A DNA stretch of 64,000 nt from an uncultured bacterium (GTDB lineage: Bacteria > Acidobacteriota > DATKUA01), in NCBI GenBank assembly GCA_965602675.1, contig CBFCZO010000008.1, positions 4,334 to 68,333 on the forward strand, read 5' to 3'. The notes under the pieces were generated by a model, which did no database searches, was not told the origin of the DNA, and saw nothing but the letters and a program-made list of their open reading frames with translations. Position numbers and translations under genes: made by a program. Within the stretch, counting starts at the first letter, position 1, and each line of letters starts with the position of its first letter. Shown piece after piece: positions 1 to 9,594 of this stretch.

Positions 1-1
1 G

Positions 2-70
2 GCGGGCATCGCCGAGGCCTGCCGCCTGCTGCAGGAATACGAGTTGATGTTCTGGGACTCGGTGGTTTAG
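2..70 (+). CDS. 3' end of a CDS running off the window start; C-terminus resembles the TenA/thiaminase-II family
   Basis: Frame-2 ORF ends at TAG 68-70 and reads ...AGIAEACRLLQEYELMFWDSVV*. The EYELMFWD motif resembles the C-terminal EYMFWEM of the complete tenA on the opposite strand. Confidence 0.3.
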   Translation, partial: AGIAEACRLLQEYELMFWDSVV

Positions 71-165
71 GCAAGAGGTGGAGGGCGCATAAGAGAATAC
101 GCGTATTGACCGGGGAAGATTGAATTAAACCACAGAGGACACAGAGGGAAAGAAGAAGAAGAGGC

Positions 166-372
166 GGTGGCCCCCGCGTTCCGCGGGGCAGGCTGTGAAC
201 GACCGCCCTACTACACGGATTTGCAAGAGCCTGCCGAACTTGCAGGGCGCTTTGCCGTGGGCGGACAGGACCTCCCTACACGGCGGGTCAGCTCCCCCGT
301 TCAATCCCAACCTCCCCTATTCCCGCCTTCGGCGGGGCGGCGGCCCTAAAGGACCGCCCTACACGGATCGGT
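166..372. repeat. Degenerate tandem direct repeat (3 copies, 68-83 bp spacing) in a convergent intergenic region; each copy is a GC hairpin plus GACCGCCCTACACGGAT core
   Basis: CCCTAC(TAC)ACGG recurs at ~205, ~273 and ~356. Copies 1 and 3 align at roughly 75% over ~50 nt (cccccgcgttccgcggggcaggctgtgaacgaccgccctactacacggat vs cccgccttcggcggggcggcggccctaaaggaccgccctacacggat). Confidence 0.45.
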
Positions 373-387
373 CCGGCTCTGCGGTGA

Positions 388-1056
388 TCAGGATTCCGGC
401 CAGGTTTGCATGTGCCAGCTCATCTCCCAGAACATATACTCCCAGCCGAGGGCATTGTTGAAGGCGGCTTGCCGGCGGGCGAGGCGCGGATCGTCGTCGC
501 CGGGGACGAGGCGGTCGAGCAGGTCGCGGCACCAGGCGACGAGCTCTTCGAACTCTGTCGAGGCGTAGGTCTCGATCCATTTGGCGTAGTGGTGGTGCGC
601 GGGCAGGCCCCGGCGGAGCAGGCGCGAGGCGATGTCGAAGTAGCCCCACTCGCAGGGCAGCAGGACGGCGGCGATGTCGGCCAGGTCGCCCTCGTAAGCC
701 GTTCTCAACAAGTAACTTGTGTAGCCGAGGCAGACGGGTGACGGCAGGGTGGCTTCCAGTTCGCCGGCGGAGATGCCGAAGTCGGCGCAGATCGAGCGGT
801 GCAGCTCCATCTCGTAGTTGAGCGTAGTTTCGACGAAGGATGAGAATTTGCGCATCGTCTCCAGTCCGTCGGCCTTGGCAACGGCGAGGGAGAAGAAGCT
901 GACGAAGTCCTTGAGATAGACGTAGTCCTGCGCTAGGTAGAATCGGAATTTCTCCTCGGCGAGGCTGCCGTCGCCGATCCCGCGGACGAAGGGGTGGTTG
1001 AAGTTTGCCTCCCAGAGGCCGCCGGCGCCCTCTCTTAACAGCTCGGAAAGACTCAT
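388..1056 (-). CDS. tenA: Aminopyrimidine aminohydrolase / thiaminase II (TenA family)
   Basis: TenA-like sequence: FNHPFVRGIGDGSLAEEKFRFYLAQDYVYL ... CEWGY ... EYMFWEMSW. I chose the start at MSLSEL (ATG 1054-1056) rather than the ORF-track start at 1143. Confidence 0.8.
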   Translation of the reverse strand: MSLSELLREGAGGLWEANFNHPFVRGIGDGSLAEEKFRFYLAQDYVYLKDFVSFFSLAVAKADGLETMRKFSSFVETTLNYEMELHRSICADFGISAGELEATLPSPVCLGYTSYLLRTAYEGDLADIAAVLLPCEWGYFDIASRLLRRGLPAHHHYAKWIETYASTEFEELVAWCRDLLDRLVPGDDDPRLARRQAAFNNALGWEYMFWEMSWHMQTWPES

Positions 1057-1224
1057 CGAAGCCCCCCGTTTTTCGGATATATTTGTTTCAGGGATAACTG
1101 CGCCGCCCGTCGAAGTCAAGGGTGGTAAAAAAGCGTGAGGCAACGCACAATTATTGACCGCAAAGGCTTACGCTGGTAGTGTTACGCGAGGATTTCACAT
1201 CCCGGACGATGATCGCGGAAAGCC

Positions 1225-2043
1225 ATGGCGCTTAAGGACTCAGACCTGTTCGCTATCGACCAGTTCTTCGCGCGGAAGCAGTATGACCGCGCCGTGGAGC
1301 TGCTGGAGAAGCTGCATCGCCAGGCGCCTGAAGAAATATCGCTGAAGATGAAGCTGGCTGACGCCTACTTTCTCTACGGCCGCACCTCCCGCGCCAAGGC
1401 GGTTCTGGAGGAGTTGGCCGAGTATTATGCCAAGCGCGGCTTCGTGACCAAGGCGATGGCGGTGGTGAAGAAGATAAAGCGCTTCGATCCGTCGGCCGAC
1501 GTCGACATCTACCAGTACACGCAGGACGGCAAGGAGGAGCAGTTCGCTAAGCTCACTCCCCTGAGGGAGAAGAAAGAGCCGGAGAAGGCGGAGGAAGCCG
1601 AGGATGAGGAATCGACCTTCAGGATCCTCGACGAGTTGTTCGCCGGCCTCTCGCGCGAGGAGTTCGAAGCGATCACCGAAATACTCAACGAGAAAGCGGT
1701 CGAGCCGGGCAATGTTGTGCTCAAGGAGGGCGAGCGCAGCAACAGCCTGTTCATCATCATCAACGGTAGGGTTCGAGTGGAAACCAGGCACCGGGGCAAG
1801 ATCGTCGAGCTGGCCGTGCTGAAGGCCGGAGAATTCTTCGGCGAAGTGGCTCTGCTGACCGGCAAGCAGCGCACCGCGACGATTACCTCGATGGAGGAAT
1901 GTTTACTTCTGGAGATGAAGAAGGAAGACTTTTTGGGTCTCAGCGATAACTACCCGCAAATGCGCCACACCCTGGAAACGACTCTCGAGCTCCGCGCCAG
2001 CGACACAGTGGAAAAGCTTCTCGAGCTGGACAGCGAGGTATAG
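1225..2043 (+). CDS. Helical/TPR-like N-terminal domain protein with a C-terminal cyclic-nucleotide-binding (cNMP) domain
   Basis: C-terminal part NVVLKEGERSNSLFIIINGRVRVE...FFGEVALLTGKQRTATITS is a typical cNMP-binding beta-roll. The N-terminus is helical. Confidence 0.65.
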   Translation: MALKDSDLFAIDQFFARKQYDRAVELLEKLHRQAPEEISLKMKLADAYFLYGRTSRAKAVLEELAEYYAKRGFVTKAMAVVKKIKRFDPSADVDIYQYTQDGKEEQFAKLTPLREKKEPEKAEEAEDEESTFRILDELFAGLSREEFEAITEILNEKAVEPGNVVLKEGERSNSLFIIINGRVRVETRHRGKIVELAVLKAGEFFGEVALLTGKQRTATITSMEECLLLEMKKEDFLGLSDNYPQMRHTLETTLELRASDTVEKLLELDSEV

Positions 2044-2048
2044 AACAA

Positions 2049-2561
2049 ATGATATTGCCGATCCTGAAATACGGGGATCCGCACCTGATAACGCCTGCGG
2101 AAGAAGTGGACGAGATAGACGACGAGATCAGGAAGCTCGTCGAAGACATGTTTGAAACCATGTACGAAGAGCCCGGAGTCGGGTTGGCGGCGAATCAGGT
2201 GGGAGTGCTCAAGCGCGTGGCCGTGGTCGACCTGAGCATCGGAGAGGACCCCAACGCCCCGTTGGTTCTGATCAATCCCGAGATCATCGAAATCGAAGGC
2301 GAGCAGGCGACCGAGGAGGGTTGCCTCTCTTTCCCGGAAATCGAGATCGAGATTACGCGACCGGAGAGGATTGTCGTCAAGGCGCTCGACCTGGAGGGCG
2401 AGGAGTTCACCCTCGAAGCGAGCAACATGCTGACACGCGCAATATGCCACGAAATCGACCACCTCAACGGTAAGGTGATCATTGATTTTCAGACCGGCCT
2501 GGCGAAACAGATGACGCTGACCAGGATCAAGCGTCTCAAGCGCCAGGGGAAGTGGGATTGA
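2049..2561 (+). CDS. def: Peptide deformylase
   Basis: Motifs GVGLAANQVG, EGCLSFP and HEIDHLNG. Sits in the usual def-fmt pair. Confidence 0.92.
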   Translation: MILPILKYGDPHLITPAEEVDEIDDEIRKLVEDMFETMYEEPGVGLAANQVGVLKRVAVVDLSIGEDPNAPLVLINPEIIEIEGEQATEEGCLSFPEIEIEITRPERIVVKALDLEGEEFTLEASNMLTRAICHEIDHLNGKVIIDFQTGLAKQMTLTRIKRLKRQGKWD

Positions 2562-2603
2562 TTGTGGGAATCCGGTCGTGAGTAAACCGCGGGAGCGGTG
2601 CGG

Positions 2604-3563
2604 ATGGCTGACAAGCTGAAAGTGGTTTTCTTCGGCAGCCCCGAGCTGGCGATCCCGGCGCTGAGGGAAATAGTAAAGCATCCCGAGATAGCACTCCTCG
2701 GCGCAGTCACCCAGCCCGATCGCCCTGCGGGGCGCGGCCGCAAGCCCAAGCCGCCGCCAATTAAACAGGAGGCTCTTGCAGCGGGCTTCGACGTGCTGCA
2801 GCCTGAGTCGATCAGCGCAACTCACGTGAAATGGGCTTTGAAGGAGTTCAAGGCGGATTACTTCGTGGTTGTGGCCTATGGGCTGATACTCCCCCCGCAC
2901 GTGCTAGAGATTCCGCGGCTCGGCTGCGTAAACCTCCACTTTTCCCTTTTACCCAGGCTTCGCGGTGCGGCTCCGGTCAACTGGGCGCTCGTCCGCGGAG
3001 AGACGGTCACCGGCGTTACGACGATGCTGATGGACGAGGGGCTGGATACCGGGCCGATCCTGTTGCAGCAGGAAGCCGGGATCGAAGCGGAGGAAACCGC
3101 CGGGTTTCTCGCACGCAGGCTGGCCGATGCGGGTGCACAGCTCCTGACCAGTACGCTGATCGAATACGCCGAGGGCAGGATCGAGCCAAAACAACAGGAC
3201 CATTCTCTGGCCACCAAGGCCCCGATGCTAAAGAAAAAGCACGGCTTGGTTGACTGGAACAAGAACGCCGCGGAGATCTTCAACCGCTGGCGGGGGTTGG
3301 ATCCCTGGCCCGGGATTCACTCCTTCTTTCGTGGCGAAACGATCAAGCTGGTTCAGATAACTCAGGCAGCGGGCAAAAGCTTTGATAGCGAGCCGGGGAC
3401 ACTGGTACGGGAGGAGAACAGGCTATACACGGCCTGCGGCGGAGGTTCAGCCGTCGAGATGCTGCTCATGCAGATGCCCGGCAAGCGGCCCGTCAGCGCA
3501 AGCGATTTCGCCAACGGCTATCGTCCGGGCGAAGGAGAGCTTCTGGGAAACATCGAAGCCTGA
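2604..3563 (+). CDS. fmt: Methionyl-tRNA formyltransferase
   Basis: N-terminal KVVFFGSPELAIPAL, the formyltransferase core and a C-terminal domain. Immediately downstream of def. Confidence 0.9.
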   Translation: MADKLKVVFFGSPELAIPALREIVKHPEIALLGAVTQPDRPAGRGRKPKPPPIKQEALAAGFDVLQPESISATHVKWALKEFKADYFVVVAYGLILPPHVLEIPRLGCVNLHFSLLPRLRGAAPVNWALVRGETVTGVTTMLMDEGLDTGPILLQQEAGIEAEETAGFLARRLADAGAQLLTSTLIEYAEGRIEPKQQDHSLATKAPMLKKKHGLVDWNKNAAEIFNRWRGLDPWPGIHSFFRGETIKLVQITQAAGKSFDSEPGTLVREENRLYTACGGGSAVEMLLMQMPGKRPVSASDFANGYRPGEGELLGNIEA

Positions 3564-3607
3564 CAACGCTCTGATTCCCGCTACACAGTTCCGCCCGCCC
3601 GGCGGAA

Positions 3608-5107
3608 TTACCTCACGTCGTAGCGTATGAATGCGACGAAAGCCGCTGCGACGAAGACTACTGAAAGCAGTACCATAACGGCCAGATCGACCAGGGAGTT
3701 GGCAATGGACACATCGAGTGACTCTTGGCTGAACGATGTGGTATCGATGTACTGGTCCGATACGTCGATCGGCTGCCCGCTGCCGAAGCCCTGATTCAGG
3801 TACTCGGGGTGCTGCTTGATTAAGCCCGTCGCGTTCTTCGAAAAGGTCGCAACGGTTCCCCTCACGTGCTCCTGGAACACATCGTCCGACGAAAAGACTC
3901 CGCTCTTTGCCAGCCTCTGGATGCTGAACGTGAGCGCAGCAGCGGGCGAAGTGTATCTGCTGATGCTGGCCGCAAGCTGGGTCTGGACATTCTGCTTCAT
4001 GTTCATCTCCGCGACTTTCTTCATCCCTTCCTGTTGGACCTTTTGGGTGAACTCCTGATACTGGTCAGCAAGCCAACTTTGGAATTCTGCGGAAGCCTGA
4101 TCTCTCTGCTGTTCCCAAGCCCGCATTCTTTCGCGGTACTCATCGGTTACGACCACGGGCGTTTTCGGCCTGCTGGCGATCAACTGCTGCTGCAACTCCT
4201 GGACTTTGTTCCGGAGTTTCTTCATCAACTCCCCTGTGTTGGGTCCTATACTCCGCGCAAAATCCTTCTTCACTTCTTCCAGTGCCGGCACCTCGTGGAA
4301 CCACTGGGCCACCAGGACCGCCCCTCTTGGAACGATGCTGATGAAGAAGACCCAGAGCATCAGCAGAACGAGGAAAGAAACGCTCGAGCGTTTTGTGAGC
4401 GCGGAGACCATCATTCCCAGGCTGTAAAAGACTAGCAAGTAGAGTATGAAAGCGAGGAAGATGAGCCCCAGCCTAATCCAGTCCTCGCCGCTGAGCTGCA
4501 CCGCGGGGAAGAAAAACTCCAGGATCAGCATACCCATGATCAAGGGGATCATAAAGGGGATGATCAGCAGGACGAAGTTGCCTATCAGCTTGCCGATGAT
4601 GAAGGAACTCCTTTTCATCGGGTTGGAGAAATTCAGCTTCAGCGTGCCCAGCTCTTTCTCTCCGCTGATCGCATCGAAGGTAAAGAGAATGGCGAAGAGG
4701 CTGAGGATGATCTTGACGATGAAATCGAGGTCGAGCAGGCCGAAGACGGCGAGTATCGGCGTAGAGTTGTACTTGCTGACATCGAAGCTGGCGCCGGCGA
4801 TAGTATTTACATTCCCCCGCCTGGCGGCATCGCCCTCCACGCCGTTAACGAGCACTGAAAGGACGCTCGGGACGCGATAAACATACTGCCCTTTTTGGAG
4901 AAAGTCCTGCTGGTAGTTGAAAACATTCTTGAGCCTTTCCTTCTCCGCAGCCGTCTGCTGCCGGGCTTCATCGACCAACTGGGTGTAGGTAACGGCTCCT
5001 GTCATAAGGGCAGAGAGAATCAGCACCGTGCAGACGACATACGTGATAACCACTTTTGGTGTGCTGATGTTAGCCCTGATTTCTTTTCTTACGACATCCC
5101 AAATCAT
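3608..5107 (-). CDS. ABC-2-type permease paralog A1 (6 TM, two periplasmic domains, C-terminal RYDVR)
   Basis: Cytoplasmic DAISGEKELGTLKL (ABC-2/NatB-type GEKE..TL motif). About 200 aa helical insertion between TM5 and TM6 contains SPAAALTFSIQRLAKSG. Ends in FIRYDVR. I place the start at MIWDVV, which has an AAAGAGGG ribosome-binding site. Confidence 0.75.
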   Translation of the reverse strand: MIWDVVRKEIRANISTPKVVITYVVCTVLILSALMTGAVTYTQLVDEARQQTAAEKERLKNVFNYQQDFLQKGQYVYRVPSVLSVLVNGVEGDAARRGNVNTIAGASFDVSKYNSTPILAVFGLLDLDFIVKIILSLFAILFTFDAISGEKELGTLKLNFSNPMKRSSFIIGKLIGNFVLLIIPFMIPLIMGMLILEFFFPAVQLSGEDWIRLGLIFLAFILYLLVFYSLGMMVSALTKRSSVSFLVLLMLWVFFISIVPRGAVLVAQWFHEVPALEEVKKDFARSIGPNTGELMKKLRNKVQELQQQLIASRPKTPVVVTDEYRERMRAWEQQRDQASAEFQSWLADQYQEFTQKVQQEGMKKVAEMNMKQNVQTQLAASISRYTSPAAALTFSIQRLAKSGVFSSDDVFQEHVRGTVATFSKNATGLIKQHPEYLNQGFGSGQPIDVSDQYIDTTSFSQESLDVSIANSLVDLAVMVLLSVVFVAAAFVAFIRYDVR

Positions 5108-5131
5108 TGCACCACCCTCTTTCGACACCCG

Positions 5132-6553
5132 TCAACGGACGTCATAGCGTAGAAAGGCGACGAACGACGCCGCGAAGAAGACTAAAGCCAATAGTATCAG
5201 CAGGCCAATATCCCAGATCGAGCGGGAGATGGTCGTAGCGAAATCCTCTTCCTTGAACAGGAAATGGATCCTGCTTTGCTGGACCTCCAATTCCTTATCG
5301 CCCATGAAGCTCTCAAAGAACTTTTGCGGATCGGAATCGTCAATATTCTTCATCTCTTCGAAAACGTAATTCCTGAATTGCTGCTGGAAATCGCGTAGTT
5401 GGTCGATGTACTCGGTCTGGCGGGCCCAGCCGCTGCCTGCGAGGTTTTGAACCGCGAAGCTCATCGCCGAAGTCGGCGAGAGGCTGCGGGCTATCGACTC
5501 GGCCAGCACGATCTGCGCCGCCTGCTGCTGCTCATATTGCAGGTCATACTTGTCCAGAACCTGTGACTGAAATGCCGAGAGCTTCTCGAAGATGGACGTG
5601 ATCATTTCCGCAAGCTCGCCGCTTCGAGCCGCATCCGCGAATCTCGATTGGTCGTTGAACTCCTCCATCACTTCGCCGCGTTGCTGCGCGATCTCCTTCA
5701 TGGCCTTCGTCTGGAGGCTGGTGTAAGACTCATACGGCTTGAGCCGCTCCGCAGCCACAAGGCTCAACTTGGGGATAATCGTGACGAACAGCACCCAGAT
5801 CATCAGCAGCACGATGAAGCTCGTGGCAGAGCGCTGGCAGAGAGAGCTGACGAAGAGCCCGGCGGCAAAGAACACTCCGAGATAGACAACGTAGATGCCG
5901 ACAATCACCAGAAGTCGCAGCCAGGTATCGGCATTGAAGGCGCCCAGCACACCCGGATAGAACGCCGTCATGAACGCCAGGCCGATTATCATCGGCAGGA
6001 TGAAGGCGATCAGGATCACCGAATAGCCGCCAATAATCTTGCCGAGCAGGATCTTGTAGCGCGGCACTTCGTTGGCAAGCGCCTGCTTGAGCGTACCCAG
6101 CTCCTTCTCCCCGCTGATGGAGTCGTAGGTGAGCAGTATAACAAATAGGCTCAGCACGATTTTAACGACGAAGGTGATGTCGACGTTGCCGAAAACGGCG
6201 AGGATGGGAGAGACCAGATTACGGCTCTCGTCGAGGTCGGTGTCGATGTCCAGGTTAATTTCCGCCTGCCGCCCCAGGCTGTCGTCGATGCCCGTGTCGA
6301 CGATGGTCAGCACGTAGGGGACCTTTGCCTCGAACAGCCCCACGTAACCGGCATTTATCCAGTTGTTCTGGGCTGCCAACACCTCATGATTGGTCCGCAG
6401 GTGCTGCTGGGCGTCGCCGACTTTTTCCGTGTAATTCTTGCTGCCGATGATCAGGCCCGATATCACCAGCAGGATGACTACCACAAAGGTGACCACGAAC
6501 TTGAGCGTGCTGACGTTGTCCATGATCTCCTTGCGGATAATGTCCCTCAGCAT
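5132..6553 (-). CDS. ABC-2-type permease paralog B1
   Basis: Same architecture as A1: SGEKELGTLKQ, SPTSAMSFAVQNLAGSG, ends in LRYDVR. Strong ribosome-binding site GAAAGGAGTGGAAGG. Confidence 0.75.
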   Translation of the reverse strand: MLRDIIRKEIMDNVSTLKFVVTFVVVILLVISGLIIGSKNYTEKVGDAQQHLRTNHEVLAAQNNWINAGYVGLFEAKVPYVLTIVDTGIDDSLGRQAEINLDIDTDLDESRNLVSPILAVFGNVDITFVVKIVLSLFVILLTYDSISGEKELGTLKQALANEVPRYKILLGKIIGGYSVILIAFILPMIIGLAFMTAFYPGVLGAFNADTWLRLLVIVGIYVVYLGVFFAAGLFVSSLCQRSATSFIVLLMIWVLFVTIIPKLSLVAAERLKPYESYTSLQTKAMKEIAQQRGEVMEEFNDQSRFADAARSGELAEMITSIFEKLSAFQSQVLDKYDLQYEQQQAAQIVLAESIARSLSPTSAMSFAVQNLAGSGWARQTEYIDQLRDFQQQFRNYVFEEMKNIDDSDPQKFFESFMGDKELEVQQSRIHFLFKEEDFATTISRSIWDIGLLILLALVFFAASFVAFLRYDVR

Positions 6554-6631
6554 TTGCCTTCCACTCCTTTCACACCTCTCAACGTTCCCTGCCGAAATCG
6601 GAATCGCCTGATCCCGCCGTCACAACGTGGC

Positions 6632-8086
6632 TCAGCGAACGTCATAGCGAAGAAAAGCCACGATCGCCACCGCCAGGAAGATTGTGGCGGTCAAAGCCAG
6701 TATTGCGAAATCCCAAATGGAGGCTTCCACCGATTCGCCCAGCGTCTCCGCAACGTAGAATGACCGATCGGGATACACTTCCGACAGATCCAACTTCTCC
6801 ATCGAGATACCCTGACCACCCATGAGCGAATCGGGCCTATTAAAGTCCCGCGCGTAATCGGTGTAGCTTTTGATATAGTCGTCCACGCTGTCCTTGAACT
6901 GCTCATCGGATGAGTAGACGCCGGTTCTAGCCAGCCTGTCCACGGCGAAATCGAGCGCAGCCACGGGCGATGTGAGGCGGCTTAGAGTTATCGCAAGCTG
7001 GTTCTGCCTCTCCTGCTTCATCTCCTGCTCGCGGCTGATCTGGAGACCCCTTTCCGACATTTCCCGGGCGAATACGTCGTGCGCCTCTTGAATTCCTTGC
7101 AGCATCTCCTGCTGCATCTGCTGCATGTTGCTCAACCCGTCGGGGCTGTTCATTCCCGCCCTGATGAATTCAAACAGCTCCTCCACGCGCTCGCGGACGG
7201 AATTCATGAAAGCCTCCTGGCTGGAGCCGAACTCGCTGAAATATTCCTTCCTGACTTCGTCCAAAGGCGGAACAGGCTCGAGCGTCTGGGCCGTCAGCAC
7301 CGCCACCCGGGGAACCACGCTGGTGAAACACACCCACAGCATGAGCAGGATCAGGAACGAGACGACCGGCCTTTTCGTCAGCGCAGAGACCATCATCCCC
7401 ATGCTGTAGAAAACCAGGAGGTAAAGCACGAACGCAAGGGTAATCAGCAGGATTCGGATCCAATCGTCACTCGAGAAATCGATCCCGGGAGTAAATTCCA
7501 CGATCAAGAGCCCCAGGATCAACGGCAGGACAAACGGAATCAGTAACAGGATGAAATTGCCGATCAGCTTGCCGATGATGAAGGTGCCTCGCTTGAGCGA
7601 ATTGGCGAAATTCAGCTTCAGCGTTTCCTGCTCTTTCTCGCCGCTGATGGCATCGAAGGTGAATAGGATCGCGAAGAGGCTGAGAATAACCTTGACGATG
7701 AAGCTCAGGTCGAGCATCCCGAAGATGGCTAGAATCGGCGTGGAATTGAACTTGCTGACATCGAAATTCGAGCCGGTATAGAAGGTTATCCGTCCGCGCC
7801 GGGCCGCGTCGCCCTCCACTCCCGAGACTAGCACCGACAGGACGTCGGGTTCGCGATAGAGGTAAATGCCGTTCACCATGAAATCCATCCGGTAATTGAA
7901 GACGTTGCGGAGCCTGTCTTTCTCCGCAGCCGTTTGCGCAACCGCCTCCTCCTTCAGGCTAAGGTAACTCATTGCTCCGGTGATCAGCGCGGCCAGAATC
8001 AAGATCATACATACCGCATATGTGATCACCACCTTGGGGCTGGTCAGGTTGACCCGGATCTCTTTCTTAACTATCTCGAATATCAT
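6632..8086 (-). CDS. ABC-2-type permease paralog A2
   Basis: N-terminus MIFEIVKKEIRVNLTSPKVVITY closely parallels A1. Also has SGEKEQETLKL and SPVAALDFAVDRLARTG. Ends in LRYDVR. Confidence 0.75.
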   Translation of the reverse strand: MIFEIVKKEIRVNLTSPKVVITYAVCMILILAALITGAMSYLSLKEEAVAQTAAEKDRLRNVFNYRMDFMVNGIYLYREPDVLSVLVSGVEGDAARRGRITFYTGSNFDVSKFNSTPILAIFGMLDLSFIVKVILSLFAILFTFDAISGEKEQETLKLNFANSLKRGTFIIGKLIGNFILLLIPFVLPLILGLLIVEFTPGIDFSSDDWIRILLITLAFVLYLLVFYSMGMMVSALTKRPVVSFLILLMLWVCFTSVVPRVAVLTAQTLEPVPPLDEVRKEYFSEFGSSQEAFMNSVRERVEELFEFIRAGMNSPDGLSNMQQMQQEMLQGIQEAHDVFAREMSERGLQISREQEMKQERQNQLAITLSRLTSPVAALDFAVDRLARTGVYSSDEQFKDSVDDYIKSYTDYARDFNRPDSLMGGQGISMEKLDLSEVYPDRSFYVAETLGESVEASIWDFAILALTATIFLAVAIVAFLRYDVR

Positions 8087-8107
8087 CTCATCCCCTGCAC
8101 AAACGGC

Positions 8108-9559
8108 TCAGCGAACGTCATAACGGATGAATGCGACGAAGGACGCGGCGAAGAAGACTATCGACATCAGGGCCAAAACGGCCATATCGATCATCGCCCG
8201 GGAGAACACGGTGCCCAATGTCTCCTCGCGGAACTCGAAGCTTACTCTGCCAATGTCGACATCGAGCTTCTGCTTATCCATCATGTCCCACATGCTCTGG
8301 TATTCCACCGCCTCCGCTTTCTCGAAAACATAGTTCATGAAATCGATGCGGAATTTCCTCAACTGGTCGATGTACTCACGTTGCCTCGCCCATCCCGATC
8401 CGGCAAGGCTCTGCACGGCGAAGCTCATGGCGGAAGTCGGCGAGAGAAATCTTGCCATCGACTCCGCCAGCTCGATTTGTGACCGCTGTTGCCGATCGTA
8501 TTGGCGATCGTAGTAGTCCATCACTTCGCGCTGCACGTCGCCGAGTTGGCGCCAGAATTCGGTCATCATTTCCGAAATCTCGGTCGTGGGCTCCTGCTCC
8601 TCGCCGCCGCCCATGAAGGCCTGCATCATGCTGCTGTTGCGGATCTGGATGAACTTCGGCAAAAACTCGTCCATCACCGCGGCACGCTTCTCGGAGACTT
8701 CCTTGTAGGCCTTGGTCTGCAAGGCGGTGTACGATTCGTACGGCTTGATGCGCTCGGAGGTGGCTAAGCTGATGCGGGGAATGATCGTGACGAAAAGCAC
8801 CCAGATGACAAGCAGCACGACGAAGGAAGTCGAGGAGCGATGGCTGAGAGAAGAGACAAAAATCCCGAGCGAGAAAAACACCGCCAGGTAAAGCAGGTAG
8901 GCGGCGATGATGATCAGCAGGCGCCACCAAGCATCGGGTGTGAAGTCAGCCAGAACCTCATTGTAGAAACCCATCATGAAGGCCAGGCCGATGAGCAATG
9001 GCAACAGAAAGGAGAAGGCGATCACGGTGAAGCCACCCAGAATCTTGCCCAGGAGAATTTTGTAACGGGGGATATTATTCGCCAAGGCTAGCTTGAGCGT
9101 GCCTCTTTCCTTTTCCCCGCTGAGAGCATCGTAGGTAAGCAGAATGACGAAGAGCGAGAGGATTATTTTTACCACGAATGTCAGGTCGACCTCACCGAAG
9201 ACGGCAAGGATGGGCGAAACAAGGTTACGGCTTTCATCCAGCCGCGCATCGTCCAGGGTGTCGACGTAGGCGAGCCTGCCCAGGCTGTTGTCGATGCCGT
9301 TATCAACGGTGGTCAGCACAAAAGGCTTCTTAGATTCGATAACGCCGGCCCAGCCTGCGTTGAGCCAGTCGAACTGGCTCTCGAGCATCTTCTGGTTGAG
9401 CTGCCGTTGCCTATTTATTTCGCCTCGCTGTTCGAGATAATTCTTGCTACCCAGCACCAGGCCGGAGATCACCAGGACAACGACCACCAGGAATGTAAGA
9501 GCGAACTTGAGCGTGCTGACGCTGTCCCGTATCTCCTTGAGAATTACGGTCCGCAGCAT
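8108..9559 (-). CDS. ABC-2-type permease paralog B2
   Basis: N-terminus MLRTVILKEIRDSVSTLKFALTFLVVVVLVISGLVLGSKNY parallels B1. Also has SGEKERGTLKL and SPTSAMSFAVQSLAGSG. Ends in IRYDVR. Confidence 0.75.
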   Translation of the reverse strand: MLRTVILKEIRDSVSTLKFALTFLVVVVLVISGLVLGSKNYLEQRGEINRQRQLNQKMLESQFDWLNAGWAGVIESKKPFVLTTVDNGIDNSLGRLAYVDTLDDARLDESRNLVSPILAVFGEVDLTFVVKIILSLFVILLTYDALSGEKERGTLKLALANNIPRYKILLGKILGGFTVIAFSFLLPLLIGLAFMMGFYNEVLADFTPDAWWRLLIIIAAYLLYLAVFFSLGIFVSSLSHRSSTSFVVLLVIWVLFVTIIPRISLATSERIKPYESYTALQTKAYKEVSEKRAAVMDEFLPKFIQIRNSSMMQAFMGGGEEQEPTTEISEMMTEFWRQLGDVQREVMDYYDRQYDRQQRSQIELAESMARFLSPTSAMSFAVQSLAGSGWARQREYIDQLRKFRIDFMNYVFEKAEAVEYQSMWDMMDKQKLDVDIGRVSFEFREETLGTVFSRAMIDMAVLALMSIVFFAASFVAFIRYDVR

Positions 9560-9594
9560 ATTTTGCCTCCTGCAACCACCCGGAAAACAAGCCG

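Noticed and set aside
1057-1224. Possible TPP riboswitch in the tenA leader
   Set aside because: I read both strands for the conserved CUGAGA and ACCUGAUCUGGAUAAUGCCAGCG blocks and found no convincing match. A covariance-model scan is still worth running.
1240-2900. Minus-strand ORFs 1240-1791 and 1950-2900 overlapping the cNMP-domain gene, def and fmt
   Set aside because: Antisense to genes with clear homology (def, fmt). No domain features.
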